From NCBI GenBank assembly GCA_018266475.1, contig JAFEAI010000244.1, forward strand, positions 8,391 through 72,390: a stretch of 64,000 nt of DNA, given 5' to 3'. The translations under genes and the position numbers were made by a program. Positions 9,501 through 17,453 of the stretch are shown piece after piece. The stretch is from Bacteroidota bacterium. GTDB lineage: Bacteria > Bacteroidota > Bacteroidia > Flavobacteriales_F > PHOS-HE28. The notes below the pieces were generated by a model, which saw nothing but the letters and a program-made list of their open reading frames with translations, was not told where the DNA came from and searched no databases. Position 1 is the stretch's first letter. Each line of letters starts with the position of its first letter.

Positions 9501-10535
9501 GTGGACAAACGGGCATTGCCGATTCCTGAACACCGGTCGCAGACCTTGGCGGCGGGCCATGTGGCACCGCGGAACGACAAGGAGGAACGCATCGCGGAGA
9601 TCTGGGGCCAGCTGCTGAACGCACCCGGAATCGGCGTACACGACAACTTCTTCGACCTTGGCGGCCATTCCCTGATCGGCATCCAGCTGCTGGCGCGCGT
9701 GGAGGAGCAGTTCGGCAAACGCCTGCCACTGAACTCCCTGTTCCAGGCGCCCACCGTGGCGGCATTCGCCAAATTGGTACACAGCAAGAACGCCGCCAGC
9801 GGCCTGAAAAACCTGGCCGCCCTGCAACCTGAAGGCACGCGCACGGCCTTCTTCTGCGTGCATGGCGATGAACTGAACCACCACATCATGCGCCACCTCG
9901 GCAAGGACCAGCCCTTCTTCGCCTTCTTCCACCAAGGAGAGAACGGGCAGCGGTTTGAGCACTTCACGGTGGAGGACATTGCCGCGCACTACATGCACGA
10001 ACTGCTTACGGTGCAGCCCGAAGGGCCTTTCCTGCTCGGCGGATATTCCTTCGGCGGGATCGTGGCGTACGAAATGGCCCAGCAGCTCACCAAGGCCGGG
10101 CATGAAGTGCCCTTCCTTGCCTTGTTCGACATGCCCGCGCCGGAATTGTTCGTGCAGAGCATGCGCAGCGAGCGCAAACTGCACGAACCCGTACGGGACG
10201 TGGTGGTCCGCTGGCTCGCAAAACGCGCGTTCGCCAAGGGGCGCATCCGCTCGCCGCGCCTGCAGCACTACTACATCATCGACAACTACAACAAGGCCAT
10301 CCAGGCGTACCGGCCAAAGCCGTACGGCGGGCCTGTCACGGTGTTCAAGGCCTCGGGAACCACAGGCCCGGACGACCTCGGCTGGGCCAAGCTGGTAACA
10401 GGCCCGTTGGACGCCCGCGTATTGCCGGGCGACCACTACAGCCTGATCAGGGAACCCGGGGTTGCGCGCTTAGTGAAGGAACTGGGCGCAGCCATCGACC
10501 GCTCCACCCTGCGGCATGCGGTGGAGGCCGTATAA
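6585..10535 (+). CDS. NRPS termination module: C - A - PCP - TE.
   Basis: ATG at 6585 (MEKFIPETT...), 38 nt after the upstream stop. The ORF-track start at 6429 lies inside the previous gene. C-domain HHAVLDGWS (~7058). A-domain [74 protein letters not shown] (~9647). TE GYSFGG (~10040). Confidence 0.9.
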   Translation: [1316 protein letters not shown]

Positions 10536-10537
10536 CC

Positions 10538-11287
10538 ATGCCCAGCCCCCGGACGCTCACCATACACTGCGCAGCTGCCGTACACGCCCGCACTGAACAC
10601 CCGCCACCGGGCGCGCCGGACAGCGCAGAAGCGTGGGTGTACTTCGGCAGCATCAGCTCCCTGGCGGCAAGAAGCGCGCACTTCCTTTCCCTGCTCGATG
10701 CCGAGGAGCTGGCACGCGCGGACCGCTTCCGGTTTGCCCAGGACCGTGAGCGCTTCATTGCGGGGCACGGGCTGCTGCGGGAGCTTCTGGGCCAACAACT
10801 TCACCGGCACCCCAAGGACCTGGTGCTGCTGCGCGGGGAATTCGGAAAACCCTTTCTGGAAGGAGGCCCGCTGCACTTCAACCTCAGCGACACCAAGGAT
10901 GCCGTCCTGGTGGCCTTCTCGCGGCAACCGATCGGTGCGGACATTGAAACGATCAACCGCCACACGGACCATGCCGCCGTGGCCAACCATTACTTCACGC
11001 CGGCGGAAGTGCGCAGCATCGCCACCGCCGTGGATGCCAAACGCAGGTTCCTGGAACTGTGGACGCGCAAGGAAGCCGTGCTGAAGGCCTGCGGCGTGGG
11101 CCTGATGGACGACCTGCAGAGCTTGGAGGTGAACGGGCCAACGAACTTGATGACGATCACCCACCCCGAATTCGTGCGGATGGCGGCGCCTGCATACTAC
11201 GTGCGGACCCTGCTGGCCGGCACGGACCACTTCATCAGCGTGGCCACGGCACAGGCGGTCCACTCGGTGCGGCTTTTCACCGCATAG
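10538..11287 (+). CDS. Sfp-type 4'-phosphopantetheinyl transferase.
   Basis: ATG 3 nt after the NRPS stop. Motifs GKPFL, FNLSDTKDAVLVAFSRQPIGADIE, WTRKEAVLKACGVG (W/FxxKEA..K PPTase signature). Position immediately downstream of the TE-ending NRPS. Confidence 0.8.
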   Translation: MPSPRTLTIHCAAAVHARTEHPPPGAPDSAEAWVYFGSISSLAARSAHFLSLLDAEELARADRFRFAQDRERFIAGHGLLRELLGQQLHRHPKDLVLLRGEFGKPFLEGGPLHFNLSDTKDAVLVAFSRQPIGADIETINRHTDHAAVANHYFTPAEVRSIATAVDAKRRFLELWTRKEAVLKACGVGLMDDLQSLEVNGPTNLMTITHPEFVRMAAPAYYVRTLLAGTDHFISVATAQAVHSVRLFTA

Positions 11288-11297
11288 GACGGCGGGC

Positions 11298-12794
11298 CTA
11301 CTCCTCCGCGCCAAAGAAGCGCGGGTGGAAATTCAGCAGATAGAGCTTTTCGCTGGCCCGCGTCACGGCGGTGTACAACCACCGCACGTATTCGCGGCCG
11401 ATCATTTCCTCCGTGACGTAGCCTTGGTCCACGAACACGCTTTTCCATTGGCCGCCCTGTGCCTTGTGGCACGTGACGGCATAGGCGTACTTCACCTGCA
11501 GCGCATTGATGTACGGGTCCTTCCTGAACAGCCTGAACCGCTCGCTCCTGGCCTGCGCGCCAAGATCGGCGAGCACATCCTGCGCCAACTGCTTCATGCG
11601 GGCGCCGGGCAGTGCAGGGCCTTCACCCGCCAGCACGTCGAGGATCACCTTCACCTCCAGTTCGCGGTCCGCAAGGCCGTCCCACCATCCGATGGAAAGG
11701 TCCGCAAACCGCAATCCGTACCGCTCCTCGGTGCGCCGCACGCGCAACACGGTGACCTGCTCCCCGTTTGCGATCAGGGAAAACGGCCCGGCCCCTGCAT
11801 CCTGTTCCTGCGCGGCCCAGAAGTAATTGTTCTTCACCACCATCAGCCGGTCGTTGGCCTCCAGCTCCTCCTCGAAGCCGTGGATCCTTGCGCGCACCTG
11901 CTGGCTGTACTGGTAAGCGCGCTTGTTGCTGCGGCAGATCAGGCACACCTCCTCGTCGCCATGCCTGGCGTACGCTTCCTCCAGGGCGTCCTGCAGGTCG
12001 GCGCCCTCCACGCGCACCACATCCCTATAACCCGTGATGAACTGCGGCACCACCGCCCCCGCCGCTGGTGCATGCCCCTCCTCCTCCTCCGGCATCAGGG
12101 CCAACGTTTCCCGCAGTGCGGTAGCGTTCGCCAGGATGCCCGATGCCTCCGCCTGGCGCACCACATCGGTAAGTTCCACGCTGCCGGCCAGCAGGCCCTG
12201 CGCCGCCAGGTCCTTCAGGTCCAGCGCCGGGCTGTGCGCGCTGCCCACGGGCGGCAGCTGGGCCGGGTCGCCGATCAACAGCAGCTTGTTTCCCGCAGCC
12301 GAGAACACATGCTCGAAAAGGTCGGCGAGAAGGTCCCGCTCAAACGCTCCGGTCCCCTTGCCGATCATGCTGGCCTCATCCACCACGAACAGGGCGCCCT
12401 TGTCGCGGTTGGGCGCCACCGACATGCCCGCGAAGCCGTCCCCGGCCTCCGCCGCCATGCGGTAGATGCGGCGGTGTACGGTGCTTGCCGCGGCACCGGC
12501 GTATGCACTGAGCACCTTGGCGGCGCGCCCGGTGGGGGCCAGCAGCACCACCGGGCGGCGCGCTTCCTTCAGCACCTTCACCAAGGCCCCCACCAAGGTG
12601 GTCTTGCCCGTGCCGGCATATCCCTTCAGCACCAGCGTGGCATTGGCTTTTTCCGTGGAAAGCAACCGCACCAGGGCGTGTATGGCACGCTGCTGGCCTG
12701 CGGTTGGGGCATGCCCCAACCGTTCGGTGAGGCGGGCTGCGAGGTCGTGCATGGCGCGAAGTTCGGCTGCATTGGCGCACGGCATGCCCGCCAT
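11298..12794 (-). CDS. RecD/TraA-family superfamily-1 DNA helicase (AAA_30 + UvrD_C_2 type).
   Basis: Walker A LKGYAGTGKTTL. C-terminal AYAVTCHKAQGGQWKSVFVD motif typical of RecD-like helicases. Start taken at the ATG giving MAGMPCANAAELRAM. The longer ORF (to 12959) overlaps the divergent neighbour. Confidence 0.75.
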   Translation of the reverse strand: MAGMPCANAAELRAMHDLAARLTERLGHAPTAGQQRAIHALVRLLSTEKANATLVLKGYAGTGKTTLVGALVKVLKEARRPVVLLAPTGRAAKVLSAYAGAAASTVHRRIYRMAAEAGDGFAGMSVAPNRDKGALFVVDEASMIGKGTGAFERDLLADLFEHVFSAAGNKLLLIGDPAQLPPVGSAHSPALDLKDLAAQGLLAGSVELTDVVRQAEASGILANATALRETLALMPEEEEGHAPAAGAVVPQFITGYRDVVRVEGADLQDALEEAYARHGDEEVCLICRSNKRAYQYSQQVRARIHGFEEELEANDRLMVVKNNYFWAAQEQDAGAGPFSLIANGEQVTVLRVRRTEERYGLRFADLSIGWWDGLADRELEVKVILDVLAGEGPALPGARMKQLAQDVLADLGAQARSERFRLFRKDPYINALQVKYAYAVTCHKAQGGQWKSVFVDQGYVTEEMIGREYVRWLYTAVTRASEKLYLLNFHPRFFGAEE

Positions 12795-12820
12795 GCCGTC
12801 TTTCGGTAGTTCCTTTGCAG

Positions 12821-13630
12821 ATGGCCATGACGAAGACCGAGCTTTTTCATCCGCGCTACACGCCCGGGGCCGAGCGCACCTGGCATTTGGCCTGCTGGCT
12901 GGCGCCCGGCCTGCAGGCGTGGTGCGTGCATGAGCGCTCCAGCGGCCTGCTGATGGCATTGGTCGCGGGGGATGGCGACCTGTTGCCCTTGGCCGACAAA
13001 CTGCCCGCCGTGCCGGCCAGCACCTCCTTCACCGCCATGCCCGAAGTGAGCACATTGGTGCCGCAAAGCGCATTGGAGCCCGGCACGGAGATGCAGCACT
13101 TGAAGCTGGTACACGGCACCGTGCCCACGGGCCTGCTTCGCGACGAGCCCATCGGCACCCTGGGCGCACAGTGCATCTACCTGCATGATGAGCTCGTGGA
13201 ACGCAAGCTCCTTGAACGTTTTCCGGGGGCGCGCCCGCTACCGCTGCAGGCCACCCTGGTACACCATGCGCTTTCGCATGCAACTACCGGCGCACTGGCG
13301 GTGGTGTTCCGCACCTCCACCCGGCTGGACCTGGTGATCGCGGACCAGGGGCGGCTGCTGCTGAGCAACACCTTTTTCGCCACCACGCCGGAGGATGTGC
13401 TCTACTATACGCTCTTCTGCGTGAAGCAGTGCGGCCTGCGCCCCGACGGGATGGTGCTGCGCGCCGGCGGCACACACCTCACCGCCACCGAGGAGCATGT
13501 GCTTTCCTCCTATTTCCCCAATGGGCCCGTGCCCACCACCGGTTCCAAGGACCCGGCACTGGCGGAGCTGCGCATACCCGACGCGCACCACTGGACGGGC
13601 CTGACCGAACAATTCCGATGCGCATCGTAG
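12821..13630 (+). CDS. Hypothetical protein, length and context consistent with Bacteroidota DUF3822 family (unverified).
   Basis: ATG at 12821 (MAMTKTELF...); the track start at 12815 is TTG. ~270 aa, sits immediately upstream of rsmD-coaD. Family call is from memory of gene neighbourhoods only. Confidence 0.4.
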   Translation: MAMTKTELFHPRYTPGAERTWHLACWLAPGLQAWCVHERSSGLLMALVAGDGDLLPLADKLPAVPASTSFTAMPEVSTLVPQSALEPGTEMQHLKLVHGTVPTGLLRDEPIGTLGAQCIYLHDELVERKLLERFPGARPLPLQATLVHHALSHATTGALAVVFRTSTRLDLVIADQGRLLLSNTFFATTPEDVLYYTLFCVKQCGLRPDGMVLRAGGTHLTATEEHVLSSYFPNGPVPTTGSKDPALAELRIPDAHHWTGLTEQFRCAS

Positions 13631-14166
13631 CCGGCCGCTTCAAGGGCAAGCGGATCCATCCGCCCAAGGAGATCACGGCGCGGCCTACCACCGATTTCGC
13701 CAAGGAGGCCCTGTTCAACATCCTGCAACATTCCATCCCCTTGGAGGACATCCGCGTGCTCGACCTGTTCGCAGGGGCCGGCGGCATCTCCCTGGAATTC
13801 ATCAGCCGCGGCGCCGCGGAGGTGATCGGCGTGGAGCAGGACGGCACGCTGCACAAGCACCTGCAGCGCACGGCCCGCGAACTGGGCATCACCAATTGGC
13901 ACTTGGTGAAGGCGGATGTCTTCCAGTACATGGCCGCCGCCCGCGGCCCCTTCGACGTGGTGTTCGCAGACCCGCCCTTCCACATGCCCGGCACCGAACG
14001 ACTGCCGGCGCTGGTGCGCGAGGCCGGATTGCTCGCGCCCGGGGGGCTGCTGGTGATCGAGCACTACAAGGCCCTCGACCTCAGCGCGGATCCCTGGTTC
14101 GATAGTTGCCGCAAGTACAGCAACATCCATTTCAGCTTCTTCACACCAAGCACGGAAACAACATGA
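13618..14166 (+). CDS. rsmD: 16S rRNA (guanine966-N2)-methyltransferase RsmD.
   Basis: MRIVAGRFKGKRIHPPKEITARPTTDFAKEALFNIL matches the RsmD N-terminus. DLFAGAGGISLEF SAM-binding motif, DPPF motif (VVFADPPFH). Internal ATG at 13618 of the track ORF 13429..14166. Confidence 0.8.
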   Translation: MRIVAGRFKGKRIHPPKEITARPTTDFAKEALFNILQHSIPLEDIRVLDLFAGAGGISLEFISRGAAEVIGVEQDGTLHKHLQRTARELGITNWHLVKADVFQYMAAARGPFDVVFADPPFHMPGTERLPALVREAGLLAPGGLLVIEHYKALDLSADPWFDSCRKYSNIHFSFFTPSTETT

Positions 14167-14633
14167 ACAGCACAGCCAGCGCCAAGGTTGCCGTCTTCCC
14201 CGGTTCATTCGACCCGGTGACCGCAGGCCACGTGAGCATTGTGGAACGCGCCCTGCCCCTGTTCCACCGCGTGGTGGTGGCCGTGGGCGTGAACAGCAGC
14301 AAGCGCTACATGTTCCCGCTGGAGCAGCGCCTGGAGTGGCTGCGCAGCACCTTCCGGGATGAACCCAAGGTGGAGGTGATCGCCTTTGAGGGCCTCACCG
14401 CGGACCTCTGCCTGAGGCTCTCGGCACACTACATCGTGCGCGGGCTGCGCAACAGCACCGACCACGGCTTCGAACGCAGCATCGCCCTGATGAACCATGC
14501 CTTGCGCGGCGTGGAGACCATCTTCCTCCCCGCCCTGCCCGAACATGCACACATCAGCAGCACCATCGTGCGCGAACTGATGGCCAATAACGCCGACGTT
14601 TCCGCGTTCGTGCCTGCGGCGGTGCGCCCATGA
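14163..14633 (+). CDS. coaD: Pantetheine-phosphate adenylyltransferase.
   Basis: KVAVFPGSFDPVTAGHVSIVERA (PPAT T/HxGH motif). ATGA overlap with the rsmD stop. Confidence 0.9.
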   Translation: MNSTASAKVAVFPGSFDPVTAGHVSIVERALPLFHRVVVAVGVNSSKRYMFPLEQRLEWLRSTFRDEPKVEVIAFEGLTADLCLRLSAHYIVRGLRNSTDHGFERSIALMNHALRGVETIFLPALPEHAHISSTIVRELMANNADVSAFVPAAVRP

Positions 14634-16150
14634 TCCGAGCTATCCTTTCCTGCCTTGCCGCACTCTCCGGCATGCTGCTGGGCGCGGCCCCCGTGCAATT
14701 GCACATCAAGGCGACAGCCTACCCCCGGCAGCAGGCCACCCTGTACCGGTACATGGACCTGTTCACCCAGCGGACGGAAGCCATTGCCGAAGGATGGACC
14801 GACGCGAACGGCGCGGTGCAGCTCACCGCCGAGGTGGACGGCACCCAAAAAGCCCGCCTCCGCATCGGGAAGGTGGCGGCCGACCTGTGGTTGCGCGAAG
14901 GAGCCTACCACATTGAAATGCCTGCGGCCCCAACGGACCAGCCGCCCGGCATCAACGGCACAGCCCGCGTGCAGCCCACCTTCACCGACCTTGATCCGCT
15001 GGACATAAACGCCCTGGTCGCCGACCTGAACACCCGGCTGGACGCCTTTCTGGCCGCCGGCCTTGCCACGGACCGCAATACCGGCATGGACGCCCTGGCC
15101 AAGGCCCGCAAGGACGGCACCGCGCTAAAGCCGGACACTTCAAAAACAGCAGACCGGCCCCTGCTCTCCCCCACCTGGAACGAAGCCCGCACCGACACCT
15201 TCGCCCGGAAGCTGCGCAAGTTCTATGCAGCCGTGCCCGATCCCTGGTTCCAGGCCGACCTGGAATACGGTATCGCCGGGCTGTACTTAGGCCCCCAGAC
15301 CAGGGACCGCGACCTGTACGACCATTTCCTCAAGGGCAAGCCCGTGCTGTACGGCGTACCTGAATACGTCCGCTTCTTCACCTCCCTGTTCAAGGACCCG
15401 TTGCTGGGCGGCCCCTTCCGCACCCGTCCGGACGACGTGCTGCGCTTCATCCGGGAAGGCAGCACCGACAGCCTGAAAGCACTTTTGGCCGCGAACGACC
15501 TGCTGAAGGAAGACCGGCTGAACGAGCTCGCCCTGCTCTACGACCTGTACACCAACCAGGGCAATGCCCTTTTCGACCGCGACGGGATCATCCGGGTGAT
15601 CGGCGATGTGCAGGACCGCTCGCGCTACCCCGAACACCGGTTGATCGCCGCCGACATGCTGTGGGACCTCACCGCCATGATGGGCGGCACACTGCTGCCC
15701 CCAATGGAACTCACCCGGCCCGACGGAAATGCCATGCACCTGGACAGCCTGCTGCAAGGCCCTTCCTGCCTGCTGGTGGTAAAACCCGGAAACCCCTACA
15801 CGGACCAGGAACTCGCCGCCCTGGCCCAGCTCCGCAAGGACTACGGCGGCCATGTGCGCTTTCTGTGCATCGCCCTGGACCGCAGCCCGCAGGAGCTGGG
15901 GGCATGGTTGAAGGCCAACCCCCAATATGGCGGCAGCTGGGCCGTGCCCGCCAACCCGCGCGCACTGCTGGATGATTGGCGCATAAGCAGCGTACCCGCC
16001 GCCTTCCTGCTGGATGGTCGGATCCTGGCCCGCGCGCCCGCGCCCCTGCCCGGCAACGGCCTGGCCGCCGAACTGCACAAGCTGAAAGTGGCCGGCCAGC
16101 GCGCGGACCAGCTCAAGCCGGATCGCGGACAGCCTCCTCCCAGGCGGTGA
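14630..16150 (+). CDS. Hypothetical exported protein with C-terminal thioredoxin/TlpA-like region lacking a CxxC motif.
   Basis: N-terminal signal-like segment MIRAILSCLAALSGMLLGAAPVQL. C-terminal region (LLVVKPGNPYTDQELAALAQLRKDYGGHVRFLCIALDRS...VPAAFLLDGRIL) resembles redoxin/TlpA domains, but no CxxC was found by eye. ATGA overlap with coaD. Confidence 0.5.
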   Translation: MIRAILSCLAALSGMLLGAAPVQLHIKATAYPRQQATLYRYMDLFTQRTEAIAEGWTDANGAVQLTAEVDGTQKARLRIGKVAADLWLREGAYHIEMPAAPTDQPPGINGTARVQPTFTDLDPLDINALVADLNTRLDAFLAAGLATDRNTGMDALAKARKDGTALKPDTSKTADRPLLSPTWNEARTDTFARKLRKFYAAVPDPWFQADLEYGIAGLYLGPQTRDRDLYDHFLKGKPVLYGVPEYVRFFTSLFKDPLLGGPFRTRPDDVLRFIREGSTDSLKALLAANDLLKEDRLNELALLYDLYTNQGNALFDRDGIIRVIGDVQDRSRYPEHRLIAADMLWDLTAMMGGTLLPPMELTRPDGNAMHLDSLLQGPSCLLVVKPGNPYTDQELAALAQLRKDYGGHVRFLCIALDRSPQELGAWLKANPQYGGSWAVPANPRALLDDWRISSVPAAFLLDGRILARAPAPLPGNGLAAELHKLKVAGQRADQLKPDRGQPPPRR

Positions 16151-16751
16151 TCACCGGCAGCAGCGACGGATAGGTGTCCCTGCGCAGCCGGCTGCGGCCT
16201 TCCGCATCCAGCCACTGCACGGCATCAATATCCTCCTCCGCCTGCGCCACCAGCGGCTCCAAGGCATCGCCGTGCATCAGGAACCAGTACGTACACTTCA
16301 GGTGTTGCGCGCCATTGCGCCGGTAGGTGTGCCAGGTTTCACACAGCGGCCCGGCCACCTGAAGGTGCCGCAGCCCGCACTCCTCCCCCACCTCGCGCAG
16401 GGCCGCCTCCTCCCTGCCCTCGCCCGCCTCCATCTTCCCCTTGGGCAGGTCCCAACGGCCCAGGCGGTGGATGCCCAGCAGCCTGCCCGCGCCGTCGGCC
16501 ACCGCCCCGCCCGCCGCCTGCACAAGCAGGTAACCGGCGCGGAACCATGCCCACAGCCGCTCCGGATCTGCCCCGAAGGCATAAAGCCCCCGTAGATCAG
16601 CTTCCTTCACCAGCGTATCACAGGCCAACGCCAGTTCCCCGGGCGATTCCACGCGCAAGGCCAACCAGTTGGCGGGCAATGCGCCAAAATCCGGGATAAA
16701 CCCGATGACCAACTCCTTCCCCTCGATGAACACGGTGTATTTTTGCGGCAT
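16113..16751 (-). CDS. NUDIX hydrolase.
   Basis: Nudix box GKMEAGEGREEAALREVGEECGL. Start ATG giving MPQKYTVFIEG. Upstream part of the track ORF overlaps pyrE on the other strand and is rejected. Confidence 0.75.
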   Translation of the reverse strand: MPQKYTVFIEGKELVIGFIPDFGALPANWLALRVESPGELALACDTLVKEADLRGLYAFGADPERLWAWFRAGYLLVQAAGGAVADGAGRLLGIHRLGRWDLPKGKMEAGEGREEAALREVGEECGLRHLQVAGPLCETWHTYRRNGAQHLKCTYWFLMHGDALEPLVAQAEEDIDAVQWLDAEGRSRLRRDTYPSLLPVITAWEEAVRDPA

Positions 16752-17451
16752 GGACCCCAAGCTTGATCCGGCGCTGAAGATCGCGGAATTTCTATTACGG
16801 ATCAAGGCGGTGCGGCTCGATCCCAAAAACCCCTTCACCTGGGCCAGCGGCTGGAAGAGCCCGATCTACTGCGACAACCGCAAGATCCTCGGCCACCCGG
16901 TGATGCGCACCTACATCCGCCAGCAATTCGTGGAAACCATCACCCGCGAGTTCGGCAAGCCCGACATGATCGCAGGGGTGGCCACCGGCGGCATTGCCCA
17001 CGGCGTACTGGTGGCCCAGGAAATGGGCATTCCCTTCGCCTACGTCCGCAGCTCGGTAAAAGGGCACGGCATGAAGAACACCGTGGAGGGCGACCTTACG
17101 CAAGGGCGCAATGCCGTAGTGGTGGAGGACCTTGTGAGCACCGGCAAGAGCAGCCTGATGGCCGTGGCCTCGCTGCGCGAAGCCGACATTGAGGTAAAGG
17201 GCATGGTGAGCATCTTCACCTACGGGCTGAAGGAAGCCACCGAGGCCTTCGGCAAGGCCAAGGTGCGCCTGCACGCCCTCACCAACTACAACATCCTGCT
17301 GCAGCAGGCCATCGCCGACGGCTACATCGCCGAAAAGGATTTAACCTCGCTGAAGAAGTGGCGCGAAGACCCAGCCAACTGGGCGCCCGAAGCACCTATC
17401 GGAAACGGCACCGCCGCCAAAAAGGCCGCAGTTGAAAAAGCCGCCAAGTGA
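16750..17451 (+). CDS. pyrE: Orotate phosphoribosyltransferase.
   Basis: MDPKLDPALKIAEFLLRIKAVRL... N-terminus aligns with PyrE. PRPP-binding VVVEDLVSTGKS. Start codon shares its AT with the divergent NUDIX start (CATG). Confidence 0.9.
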   Translation: MDPKLDPALKIAEFLLRIKAVRLDPKNPFTWASGWKSPIYCDNRKILGHPVMRTYIRQQFVETITREFGKPDMIAGVATGGIAHGVLVAQEMGIPFAYVRSSVKGHGMKNTVEGDLTQGRNAVVVEDLVSTGKSSLMAVASLREADIEVKGMVSIFTYGLKEATEAFGKAKVRLHALTNYNILLQQAIADGYIAEKDLTSLKKWREDPANWAPEAPIGNGTAAKKAAVEKAAK

Positions 17452-17453
17452 GC

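Noticed and set aside
8622-10436. 604-aa minus-strand ORF inside the terminal NRPS module
   Set aside because: Antisense to clear A/PCP/TE motifs; no recognisable domains; GC3-driven open frame.
11325-12809. 494-aa plus-strand ORF antisense to the RecD-like helicase
   Set aside because: Opposite strand has Walker A and RecD C-terminal motifs; this frame is R/G/H-rich with no motifs.
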